Positions 50,717 through 58,844 of a stretch of DNA of 64,000 nucleotides are shown here, one piece after another. Position numbers and translations under genes: made by a program. The notes under the pieces were generated by a model. It saw only the letters and a list, made by a program, of their open reading frames with translations. It was not told the origin of the DNA and did not search any database. The stretch's first letter is position 1. Every line of letters starts with the position of its first letter. This DNA comes from Candidatus Buchananbacteria bacterium. GTDB lineage: Bacteria; Patescibacteriota; Patescibacteriia; CAIXNZ01. The stretch lies in NCBI GenBank assembly GCA_014729025.1, contig WJKP01000014.1, forward strand, positions 543-64,542. Direction: 5' to 3'.

Positions 50717-50756
50717 ATTTAAAGAACTATAAAATTCCTCCTTAATTTAAAGAACA

Positions 50757-50897
50757 CTACTCGGATAGCTGTTTGTTAAATTCTTTCCTATCAGCAAATT
50801 CTGCGCGTTTTCCTTTGTTCCATTGGTTGACTGGTCTGATATAACCAACTACCCGAGAATAAACCTCGCAAGGTTGTCTTACCATTTTCGTGTTCAT
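50757..50897 (-). CDS. Stand-alone glycyl-radical subunit of class III RNR (46 aa)
   Basis: MNTKMVRQPCEVYSRVVGYIRPVNQWNKGKRAEFADRKEFNKQLSE; own RBS AAGGAG at 50902-50907; not in the ORF track. Confidence 0.92.
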   Translation of the reverse strand: MNTKMVRQPCEVYSRVVGYIRPVNQWNKGKRAEFADRKEFNKQLSE

Positions 50898-50949
50898 AAC
50901 GCTCCTTTAACTATCTATTTGTAAAAAAACAGATAGTTTATTTTAATAA

Positions 50950-53004
50950 TTATTGATTATTAATAATTGACTGCTCTGCTTCTGCTTTTTCTGTATAACC
51001 TATTTCCTGATCACATTTTGGACAGAAAAAATGCTCACCAGCAATATAACCATGGATCGGACAAATTGAAAACGTCGGCGTAATTGTAAAATAGGGTAAG
51101 TGATAATTTTCAGCGATTTTCTTGATTAATTTTTTGGTTGCTTCTATACTGGGCATTTTTTCACCAATAAAACCATGCATAACCGTACCTCCAGTATAAC
51201 GTGTTTGCAAGCCGTCTTGCAAATCTAAAGCTTCAAAAATATCATCAGTATAATTAACTGGTAATTGTGAAGAATTAGTGTAATAAGGATCAGCGCCTTG
51301 TTCCCGGTAAGCTTTTTCATTAGCGACTATAATATCGGGATATTTTTGTTTATCAGCCTTGGCAAAACGATAAGTCGTACCTTCTCCCGGAGTTGCTTCT
51401 AAATTATATAAATTATTGGTCTCATTTTGATAATCCATTAATTTATCTCTCATAAAATCTAAAATTTCTTGGGCGGCTTTATTACCTTCGGCAGTAGTAA
51501 TATCTTCACCGATTAAATTTAAAACCGCTTCATTCATACCGGCAATACCAATGGTATTAAAATGATTTTTCCAATACTCACCAAATTTACTCTTAATGTC
51601 TTCCAAATAATATTTTGAATAAGGATAAAGACCTTCTTCAGTAAATTTTTCAACAACTTTTCTTTTCAAATCAAGGCTGGTTTGGGCAATTTTCATTATT
51701 ACCTCTAAAGAGTCTAAAAATTCTTTTTTGTCTTTAGCCTGATAACCAAGTCTGGGTAAATTAATTGTGACTACACCAATTGAACCAGTCAATGGATTAG
51801 CCCCAAAAAGCCCGCCACCTCTTTTTCTTAATTCGCGATTATCCAATCTTAAACGACAACACATACTTCGGGCATCTTCTGGTTTCATATCAGAATTAAC
51901 AAAATTGGAAAAATAAGGAATGCCATATTTTGATGTCATCTCCATTATCTTATCAGCGACTTCAGTATCCCATTTAAAATCCTTAGTAATATTATAAGTT
52001 GGAATCGGAAAAGTAAAAACTCTTCCAAACGCATCGCCTTCAGTCATAACTTCAGTAAAAGCCATATTAAAAATATCCATTTCTTTTTGAAATTCTTTAT
52101 AAGTTTTTTCTTGAAACTTACCGCCAATAATTACTGGCTCGTCTTTCATCATTTTAGGCATGCTTAAATCCATTGTAATATTAGTAAACGGCGTTTGAAA
52201 ACCAACTCTGGTCGGTACATTCATATTAAATAAAAATTCCTGAATACATTGTTTAACATCTGCGTATTTAAGATTATCATAAGCAATAAAAGGTGCTAAA
52301 TAAGAATCAAAACTGGAAAAAGCCTGGGCTCCAGCTGTCTCACCTTGTAATGTATAAAAATAATTAACAATTTGACCTAAGGCCGTACGTAAATGTTTAG
52401 GTGGCTTGGAACTGACTTTACCCGATACTCCGCCAAAACCTTTCATTAATAAATCGCGCAAATCCCAACCGCAACAATAAGCTGATAAAGTTTGTAAATC
52501 ATGAATATGTAAATCAGCATTAGCATGGGCATCCCTTACTTCTTCAGGATAAACTTTATGTAACCAATAATGGGCAGAAACAGATGAAGCAACATGATTA
52601 TTCAAACCTTGCAAAGAAAAAGCCATATTAGAATTTTCTTTAACCCGCCAATCACTTTGCACCAAATAACCTTCCATTAAAGCATCAGAATCAATTAATG
52701 ATTTAAAGTCTCTAATTCTGGCATGTTGATCACGGTATAAAATATAAGCTTTAGCTGTCTGAATTTGTTTATTTTTAATCAAAGTCGCCTCCACAATATC
52801 CTGAACTTCTTCAACTGCCGGGATACTTCTTTCATGAAACCTTTTATTCAACTCTTTTTCTACTGCCAACGCCAATTTTTGGGCTTTTTTCTTGCTCGGA
52901 TCACCAATGGCTTCCATTGCTTTATAAATAGCTTCTTCTATTTTAGGCAAATCAAAATCAACAATTCGATCATCGCGTTTTTTTATCTTGAAAATTTTGC
53001 CCAT
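50950..53004 (-). CDS. nrdD: Anaerobic ribonucleoside-triphosphate reductase large subunit, lacking the Gly-radical loop
   Basis: ATP cone, HIHDL, YCCGW, SMCCRL, NLEATPGEG, C-terminal CPIH..CPKC; no RxxGY motif. Confidence 0.95.
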   Translation of the reverse strand: MGKIFKIKKRDDRIVDFDLPKIEEAIYKAMEAIGDPSKKKAQKLALAVEKELNKRFHERSIPAVEEVQDIVEATLIKNKQIQTAKAYILYRDQHARIRDFKSLIDSDALMEGYLVQSDWRVKENSNMAFSLQGLNNHVASSVSAHYWLHKVYPEEVRDAHANADLHIHDLQTLSAYCCGWDLRDLLMKGFGGVSGKVSSKPPKHLRTALGQIVNYFYTLQGETAGAQAFSSFDSYLAPFIAYDNLKYADVKQCIQEFLFNMNVPTRVGFQTPFTNITMDLSMPKMMKDEPVIIGGKFQEKTYKEFQKEMDIFNMAFTEVMTEGDAFGRVFTFPIPTYNITKDFKWDTEVADKIMEMTSKYGIPYFSNFVNSDMKPEDARSMCCRLRLDNRELRKRGGGLFGANPLTGSIGVVTINLPRLGYQAKDKKEFLDSLEVIMKIAQTSLDLKRKVVEKFTEEGLYPYSKYYLEDIKSKFGEYWKNHFNTIGIAGMNEAVLNLIGEDITTAEGNKAAQEILDFMRDKLMDYQNETNNLYNLEATPGEGTTYRFAKADKQKYPDIIVANEKAYREQGADPYYTNSSQLPVNYTDDIFEALDLQDGLQTRYTGGTVMHGFIGEKMPSIEATKKLIKKIAENYHLPYFTITPTFSICPIHGYIAGEHFFCPKCDQEIGYTEKAEAEQSIINNQ

Positions 53005-53034
53005 TGTTTCAATATTTAATAATTAATTATAATC

Positions 53035-53499
53035 TTATTTTTTTTTCTTTTTTTTAAATACGGCATTGATTTCTTTTTGAAAAGTCGCCAAATCTTTAAA
53101 AGCATGATAAACAGAAGCAAAACGAATATAAGCGACTGGATCTTTCTTTTTTAATTCTTTCATAATAATATCACCTACTTCTTGACTGGTAATCTCAATT
53201 TTTTTGGTAGCTTGAATCTGTCTTTCTATTTTATTAACCAAAATTCGGAAAGCTTCGTCTTTAATCGGCCGTTTTTGAAAAGCTTTTCGCAAACCCTTCT
53301 CTAGCTTCTCACGAGAATAACCTTCTTTATAGCCATTCCGCTTAATAACCATTAATTCCAATAATTCCACTTGCTCATAAGTACTAAAACGAAAACCGCA
53401 TTTCAAACATTCTCGTCTGCGCCTAATAGTAATACCATCAGAAGCCACACGCGAGTCAATTACCTTGGTCTCTTTATAATTACAGACAGGACATTTCAT
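53035..53499 (-). CDS. nrdR: Transcriptional repressor NrdR
   Basis: MKCPVC..VIDSR..IRRRREC..CGFRFSTYE, ATP cone, AYIRFASVY. Confidence 0.98.
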   Translation of the reverse strand: MKCPVCNYKETKVIDSRVASDGITIRRRRECLKCGFRFSTYEQVELLELMVIKRNGYKEGYSREKLEKGLRKAFQKRPIKDEAFRILVNKIERQIQATKKIEITSQEVGDIIMKELKKKDPVAYIRFASVYHAFKDLATFQKEINAVFKKKKKK

Positions 53500-53559
53500 A
53501 GCTTTTTTAAAGAAGTAAAAATCTTACAAAATTAATTTATTTTTTATTTTTTCAAATTA

Positions 53560-53608
53560 ACACTATATTTAGTATTTCCTGTGATTATTATAACACTATA
53601 TCTAGTAT
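53560..53608. promoter_or_regulatory. Tandem NrdR boxes overlapping an extended -10 promoter
   Basis: ACACTATATTTAGTAT (53560-53575) and ACACTATATCTAGTAT (53593-53608); minus-strand TGTTATAAT at 53587-53595. Confidence 0.85.
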
Positions 53609-53735
53609 GAATAAATCTTTTGTCAATAGCCTGGCAAGGCCTTACTGAAAACTCACTAGAAATTAACTTTAAGACCTAAAAATAGGGTTTTTAAAAGTGT
53701 CGTAAAAATTATTATAAATTATATAATAATAAATC

Positions 53736-53744
53736 TGTGGATAA
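53736..53744 (-). promoter_or_regulatory. Consensus DnaA box upstream of nrdRD
   Basis: TGTGGATAA, reverse complement TTATCCACA. Confidence 0.55.
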
Positions 53745-53800
53745 CTTGCTCAAAATTTATTTTATTTAGTTATGCAAAACTGCACAAATTACAATACTAA

Positions 53801-54181
53801 TTAAAAACAATGCTGCGCTTTTAAATAATCGTCTAAAGTGGGGCTGGCACCTTGTTTAATTTGATTAACTCGTTCGGCGCCTAAAGCTTCTACAGCGCAT
53901 TGTTCTTGTTCCGGTGTAATTTCAGTTGGCAATCCTTGCACGTCAACCCCGGATGTTTCCAACAAAATCTCTTGTTCATTGGAAAGTAAAGGATGATCAT
54001 AACTGCTTGGTTCACCTGATTGTATTTTTGAATAAGCATCTGGAAATTTAGTCACATCAACCCCGTAAGGTTTAATAATAATTAAAGCAATCACGACACC
54101 AATCACTATAATAATAAAAATTACAGCGATGATACCAATTACCATAAAAAATTTTCGCCAAAAATTTGTTTCTTTTGCCAT
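53801..54181 (-). CDS. Membrane-anchored hypothetical protein
   Basis: N-terminal TM, HPLLS..QE, two Cys. Confidence 0.7.
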   Translation of the reverse strand: MAKETNFWRKFFMVIGIIAVIFIIIVIGVVIALIIIKPYGVDVTKFPDAYSKIQSGEPSSYDHPLLSNEQEILLETSGVDVQGLPTEITPEQEQCAVEALGAERVNQIKQGASPTLDDYLKAQHCF

Positions 54182-54185
54182 AAGT

Positions 54186-54662
54186 TTAATTTAATAAATA
54201 AAGATAATAATTTAAAACCGCGGCAAAACTGACCCAAGCCAAATACGGGATCAATAAATAAGCGGCTGGCTTAGCTATTTTATAAAAATAAATTATGGTT
54301 AATAATATAAAAAACCATAAAATTAAAATTTCCATAAAACCAGCTAATGGATTTTGTAAATAAAAAAATAAAAACGACCAAGCAATATTTAAAATCCATT
54401 GAATACCAAAAAAAATAAAAGCTTTAGTTTTTACCTCTTGTTTTCCCTTCTTGCTCCAAACTAAATATAAAGCAATACCCATCAACAAAAATAAAGTTGT
54501 CCAAACCGGGCCAAATACCCAGCCCGGCGGATTAAATCCGGGTTTTTCCAGTGTTAAATACCAGGTACTAACTGATTGAGCCGTAAAAATTGAACCAATT
54601 CCTCCGGCTGCCTGACAAATAATCAGCGAGATAATTAGTTTTATCCAATTTATTTTTGACAT
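54186..54662 (-). CDS. tspO: TspO/MBR tryptophan-rich sensory protein
   Basis: WY..LEKP.FNPPGWVFGPVWT, LNIAWS.LFF, LLIPYLAWVSFA. Confidence 0.95.
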   Translation of the reverse strand: MSKINWIKLIISLIICQAAGGIGSIFTAQSVSTWYLTLEKPGFNPPGWVFGPVWTTLFLLMGIALYLVWSKKGKQEVKTKAFIFFGIQWILNIAWSFLFFYLQNPLAGFMEILILWFFILLTIIYFYKIAKPAAYLLIPYLAWVSFAAVLNYYLYLLN

Positions 54663-54671
54663 ATTTTTTGT

Positions 54672-55343
54672 TTAATTATTAACACAATCCTGTGGACAAT
54701 TTTCAGCTGTTTCTGCGCAAGGACAGCCACTTCCCAGACAAACAATAGACTGGCAGATACCGTCACCGCACATATCCTGACAAATCAACTCTTCTTCATC
54801 AGTTGTCTCTGATTCTTCAGCGTCAACTAATAAATTATAATCAACTGCCAAATACACTTTATCAACCTCTGAATCTTCATTGGTTTGATAGCCTAAAACA
54901 TTGCCTTCATCTACTGCAACTCCCATAAAATAAGCTTGCAAACCCGGGTTTTGGTTTTTAATTTGCTTGACAATTTCCTGCTCAGCTGAAAAATCAAATT
55001 GACCGGCCTGATCAATATAATCAAAATTATCAATAGCCACATCTTTATCAACCAAACCGCAGCATTCAGTAGCATAAACAATTAAATCTACTTGATCAGC
55101 TAAAAGTTCTCGGATTTTGGTTTTATTATCCTGGTTAACTGCTTGTTCAAATTCTAAAAGTCGACCAGTCGCCTGTGACGGCTGACTCGGTTGATTAAGA
55201 TTGTTATTATTATTCAAATTATTATTGGCTTGATTTAAATTATTAACTTGTTGGTTTAAATTTGAATAAAGATAACCAATAAAAATAACTGTAATAAAAA
55301 TTGCCAAAACAATTAAAACCGTATACAAATAATTTTTAGTCAT
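54672..55343 (-). CDS. Membrane-anchored exported protein with C-terminal eight-Cys motif
   Basis: TM, N/Q-rich linker, CQDMCGDGICQSIVCLGSGCPCAETAENCPQDC. Confidence 0.75.
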   Translation of the reverse strand: MTKNYLYTVLIVLAIFITVIFIGYLYSNLNQQVNNLNQANNNLNNNNNLNQPSQPSQATGRLLEFEQAVNQDNKTKIRELLADQVDLIVYATECCGLVDKDVAIDNFDYIDQAGQFDFSAEQEIVKQIKNQNPGLQAYFMGVAVDEGNVLGYQTNEDSEVDKVYLAVDYNLLVDAEESETTDEEELICQDMCGDGICQSIVCLGSGCPCAETAENCPQDCVNN

Positions 55344-55357
55344 AATATTTTTCCTAA

Positions 55358-55384
55358 TCCGCCAAAGTTTTATGCAGAAGCGGA
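55358..55384. repeat. REP-like palindrome, degenerate copy 2
   Basis: TCCGCCAAAGTTTTATGCAGAAGCGGA, similar to 5243-5271. Confidence 0.5.
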
Positions 55385-55414
55385 AAAAGCTAATTATTAA
55401 TTATATTTTAATAT

Positions 55415-55918
55415 TTATAGTTTTCTAGAATCATAAGCCCAATGTAAAACTGCTTGTCTTTGTTTTTTACGGCAATCCCAGTCTTTTTTAGCACAATTTT
55501 TTTTAATTTGAGCGATATGGCGTTTAAATGATTTCCAACGTTTAATTTGTCGCTCATCGTCAGGACAACGTCTACCTAGATAATACCGGCAATACCATTG
55601 AAACCAGCCACGCGGGTCTTCATGATAAATCCAGCCTTTTTTACGCCAAACTGATAATGGCTGCGAAGCATTAACCCCGAAAAAATTTTTATCAGGATCA
55701 TGTTTTTCCGAATCTAATTTAGCGTTTTTAAACCAGTCTTTAGGAAATTCTGACTGGCAATCAGTCATGTATTTACCGCCAAACACGCCTAATTCTAACA
55801 TTTGCTTGGGAGTTAATTCTGGTTTAAATTCCTGAGCAAAATTTTCACCAGTCGGTTCGGTCAAATAATAAATATAGTTTTTTTGCATTTTATCATTAAC
55901 AACGATTTTTTGTTTCAT
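55415..55918 (-). CDS. Trp/Tyr/Cys-rich conserved hypothetical protein
   Basis: FKPELTPKQMLELGVFGGKY, DPRGWFQWYCRYYLGRR, RQAVLHWAYD; starts 11 nt after the rhodopsin stop. Confidence 0.8.
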   Translation of the reverse strand: MKQKIVVNDKMQKNYIYYLTEPTGENFAQEFKPELTPKQMLELGVFGGKYMTDCQSEFPKDWFKNAKLDSEKHDPDKNFFGVNASQPLSVWRKKGWIYHEDPRGWFQWYCRYYLGRRCPDDERQIKRWKSFKRHIAQIKKNCAKKDWDCRKKQRQAVLHWAYDSRKL

Positions 55919-55929
55919 AAAAAGAATTA

Positions 55930-56547
55930 TTATTTGGCCTGGCTAGTAACAGTATAATAACCAAAAATTATTTTAGTAATAAAATCAAGCAATAAATACA
56001 TTAAAGCTGTGATAGCTGGAGTTAAAATTTCAAACCCAGTCGGCGCCAATAACCAAATTATAGGAAAAAAACTCCAGGTTATTGTCACGTACCAGCGAAT
56101 TTGTTTAATGAATTTATTGTCCTTAGCTGAATTTTTATGGATAATTTTTAAAATAATAATAAAAGCCAAACTACTGAGAATGAAAAAAATCCATTTATAA
56201 GGAGCCAAAATTATACTGGCTAAAAATCCGGTTAACATGACGATTGAATTCAAAACTATCATTTCTACAGTTTCAATCTTGGTCTTATTTAAAATCCTGG
56301 CAATTTCATACATTAATAAACCACAGCTTAAAATATAAAATAACCAACGAGTCGGATAAATCGGGTCACCTAAAGGTGAGGCAAAAACACCAACACCAGT
56401 TATTAATACCGCGTAAGAAACAGTAGTAGTAAAAAAAACTAATCGGTTGATAGCCACAAAATCATTTTTTTTCCTTAACAAGGGAAAGAATAAAGCAACT
56501 ATCAAAAATAATAAAAACCCGACTAAAAAAATACTTGTTTGCGTCAT
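55930..56547 (-). CDS. Microbial rhodopsin, schizorhodopsin-type (FSE motif)
   Basis: 7 TM in 205 aa; helix C R67-W-L-F70-Y-I-L-S74-C75...E81; helix F W-x-x-F-P-x-x-W; helix G D188-F-I-T-K192 with the Schiff-base Lys. Confidence 0.88.
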   Translation of the reverse strand: MTQTSIFLVGFLLFLIVALFFPLLRKKNDFVAINRLVFFTTTVSYAVLITGVGVFASPLGDPIYPTRWLFYILSCGLLMYEIARILNKTKIETVEMIVLNSIVMLTGFLASIILAPYKWIFFILSSLAFIIILKIIHKNSAKDNKFIKQIRWYVTITWSFFPIIWLLAPTGFEILTPAITALMYLLLDFITKIIFGYYTVTSQAK

Positions 56548-56568
56548 AATTTTTAATTATTTATAAAT

Positions 56569-57150
56569 TTATAATGCTTGTTTTGCTAATTTATTTATTT
56601 TATTTAACCATTTTTGCCTTTTATTTTTGGTTGAATTTTTTATTGGTCCCAAAATTAAAGTTTTAACCGGCCAGACACCAATAAAAAATAAGACTCCGTA
56701 TTTTAATGATTTTAAACCGGAATGACCGAATAATTTATAAAATAAAACCAAACCGTCTACAGTAGTTATTAATCTGGCTGTTTTACCTTTTAAATAACGT
56801 TTAGGTAAAGGTAATAATGAATTTTCTTTATACTTAAAAGCAAAACCAGGTAAAATTGTCCTGTCAATAAAACCTTTTAAAAGCGCCGGATATGAATACC
56901 ACCAGGTCGGAAAAATGAACACCAAATGATCGGCCCAGTCTATTTTTTGCTGCATTTTAACCAAATCAGGTTCTAGTTTTTGGATTTTTTTATAACCTTT
57001 ATATAAAATGGGATCAAATTTTAATTCTCCCAAATAAACTAATTCGACATTATAACCTGATTTTTTAGCAGCTTTTTTATAATGACGGGCAATCGCTCCG
57101 TTAAAACTGTTTTTATCCGGATGACCTAAAATTATCAAGATTTTTTTCAT
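56569..57150 (-). CDS. Flavodoxin-fold NAD(P)H:quinone oxidoreductase
   Basis: GHP..SFN, ADHLVFIFPTWW..PALLKGFIDR, GFAF. Confidence 0.9.
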   Translation of the reverse strand: MKKILIILGHPDKNSFNGAIARHYKKAAKKSGYNVELVYLGELKFDPILYKGYKKIQKLEPDLVKMQQKIDWADHLVFIFPTWWYSYPALLKGFIDRTILPGFAFKYKENSLLPLPKRYLKGKTARLITTVDGLVLFYKLFGHSGLKSLKYGVLFFIGVWPVKTLILGPIKNSTKNKRQKWLNKINKLAKQAL

Positions 57151-57201
57151 AATAATGTTATAATTAAATTATAACATATAATAACTATTTAACTTAAACT
57201 C

Positions 57202-57540
57202 ATGAAAACACAAAAACGACTTAGTATCGCTTTACTGACCGGTACGGGACTGGGTATTTTATGTATTATCGGTGTTGGTGTCAGGCTAGGATTTGCTGGT
57301 AATGAATTGTTTTTGCTGGCTACTTGGTATAATCGTTTATTAATGGGTTTGGTAATTGGTTTGGCCGGTGCCTGGCAATTAAGTAAAAGTAAAGCTAATC
57401 CTTTATTACGCGGTCTTGTCCTGGGTTTAATGGTTAGTTTAGCTTTATTTTTAAGTACTGAATTAAAAGATCCTGTTGGCTTTTTAGCTGGTATTGTCTA
57501 TGGCATTATTATTGATTTTGTTGCCAGTAAATACGCTTAA
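57202..57540 (+). CDS. Small four-TM membrane protein
   Basis: Gly-rich hydrophobic helices, WYNRLLMG. Confidence 0.7.
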   Translation: MKTQKRLSIALLTGTGLGILCIIGVGVRLGFAGNELFLLATWYNRLLMGLVIGLAGAWQLSKSKANPLLRGLVLGLMVSLALFLSTELKDPVGFLAGIVYGIIIDFVASKYA

Positions 57541-57554
57541 TAATTTTTCAATAA

Positions 57555-57591
57555 AAAAACTCCTGCTTTTTTTAAAAAAACAGGAGTTTTT
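57555..57591. terminator. Bidirectional terminator between convergent genes
   Basis: AAAAACTCCTG...CAGGAGTTTTT. Confidence 0.8.
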
Positions 57592-57601
57592 GTTTTAGCT
57601 T

Positions 57602-57811
57602 CTATTTTCTTTTGACTGCAACTGTTGCCAAATAAATTGTGTACAAAGCAGCTAAACCAACCAAGGCATACACTACTCGGGAGATAGCTGACATGTCACC
57701 AAAAAGAGTTGCCACCAAATCAAAATTAAACAAACCAACTAATCCCCAATTAAGACCGCCAACAATCACTAAAATTAAGGCGATCACATCTAAAGCATTA
57801 AGCTTTTGCAT
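57602..57811 (-). CDS. DUF378 family small membrane protein
   Basis: LVIVGGLNWGLVG.F.FDLVA.LFG....SRVVY.LVG. Confidence 0.92.
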   Translation of the reverse strand: MQKLNALDVIALILVIVGGLNWGLVGLFNFDLVATLFGDMSAISRVVYALVGLAALYTIYLATVAVKRK

Positions 57812-57869
57812 AAGTTTACGGGTTAATTAATTATATTAATATTATAGCAAAAAAACAGTAAAATAGATA

Positions 57870-58268
57870 TTAATCTTTATTTTTATCAAATTTTAAGGCT
57901 AAAGAATTAATACAATAACGTTTATTGGTTGGCTGAGGGCCGTCTTTAAATAAATGGCCCAAATGGCTACCACATTGCGCGCAAACAACTTCTACCCTGT
58001 CCATGCCATGACTTTTATCAGGTTGCAATTTAACATTGCCTTGTTGTATCACATCATAAAAACTGGGCCAGCCAGTACCTGAATCAAATTTTGTTTCTGA
58101 AGAAAATAAAGGGTTATTGCAAGCCGCACAACTATAAATACCAGTTGCTTTATTGCGCAGTAATTTACCGGAAAAAGCCGGTTCAGTGCCTTTTTCGCGC
58201 AAAATATGGTATTGTTCAGAACTTAATTGTTCTTGCCAATCTTGTTTATTTTTTTTGATTTGTTTCAT
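57870..58268 (-). CDS. msrB: Methionine-R-sulfoxide reductase
   Basis: GTEPAF, KFDSGTGWPSF, HLGHLF.DGP, RYCINS. Confidence 0.97.
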   Translation of the reverse strand: MKQIKKNKQDWQEQLSSEQYHILREKGTEPAFSGKLLRNKATGIYSCAACNNPLFSSETKFDSGTGWPSFYDVIQQGNVKLQPDKSHGMDRVEVVCAQCGSHLGHLFKDGPQPTNKRYCINSLALKFDKNKD

Positions 58269-58277
58269 ATTTAATGG

Positions 58278-58772
58278 TTAAAAGCCGCAAAGTTTGGCTT
58301 TTAATTTATGTTTTTTATAATAATCCTGATGATATTCTTCAGCCGGATAAAACTCAGCTACTGGTTTGATTTCAGTAACAATCTCTTTTTTATATTGGTC
58401 GGATTGAGCTAAATTTTTTTTTGATTGTTTGGCCAACATTTTTTGTTTTTGATTATGATAAAAAATAACTGAACGGTACTGGCTGCCAATATCAAGACCT
58501 TGTTGGTTTAATTGGGTTGGATCATGAATTTCCCAAAATTTTTCCAATAATTGTTCGTACGATATTTTATTGGGATCATAAATTACCTGGCAAACTTCTG
58601 CATGACCGGTCTGGCCGGTTGAGACTTGTTTATAGCTGGGATCTTTAACGTGTCCGCCCATAAATCCGACGGTTGTTGCTTTAACGCCTTTAAACTGATC
58701 AAAAGCCTGCTGTACGTGCCAAAAACAACCAGCGCCAAAAGTTGCTTTTTGTAAATTAGTTTTATTGGACAT
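58278..58772 (-). CDS. msrA: Methionine-S-sulfoxide reductase
   Basis: GCFW, TGHAE, HDPT, QYRS, FYPAEEYHQDY. Confidence 0.97.
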   Translation of the reverse strand: MSNKTNLQKATFGAGCFWHVQQAFDQFKGVKATTVGFMGGHVKDPSYKQVSTGQTGHAEVCQVIYDPNKISYEQLLEKFWEIHDPTQLNQQGLDIGSQYRSVIFYHNQKQKMLAKQSKKNLAQSDQYKKEIVTEIKPVAEFYPAEEYHQDYYKKHKLKAKLCGF

Positions 58773-58844
58773 GATTTTTATTTAAATTATTATAATCAAA
58801 TCGCCAATTAATCGGATTATTGGCAATATTCATTTTTTTTATTT

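Noticed and set aside
50898-50952. Stop-codon readthrough or frameshift joining nrdD to the Gly-radical ORF
   Set aside because: Different frames, an extra in-frame stop, and a dedicated RBS for the small ORF.
53736-53790. Possible replication origin
   Set aside because: Only one perfect DnaA box and no dnaA/dnaN nearby; better read as a promoter site.
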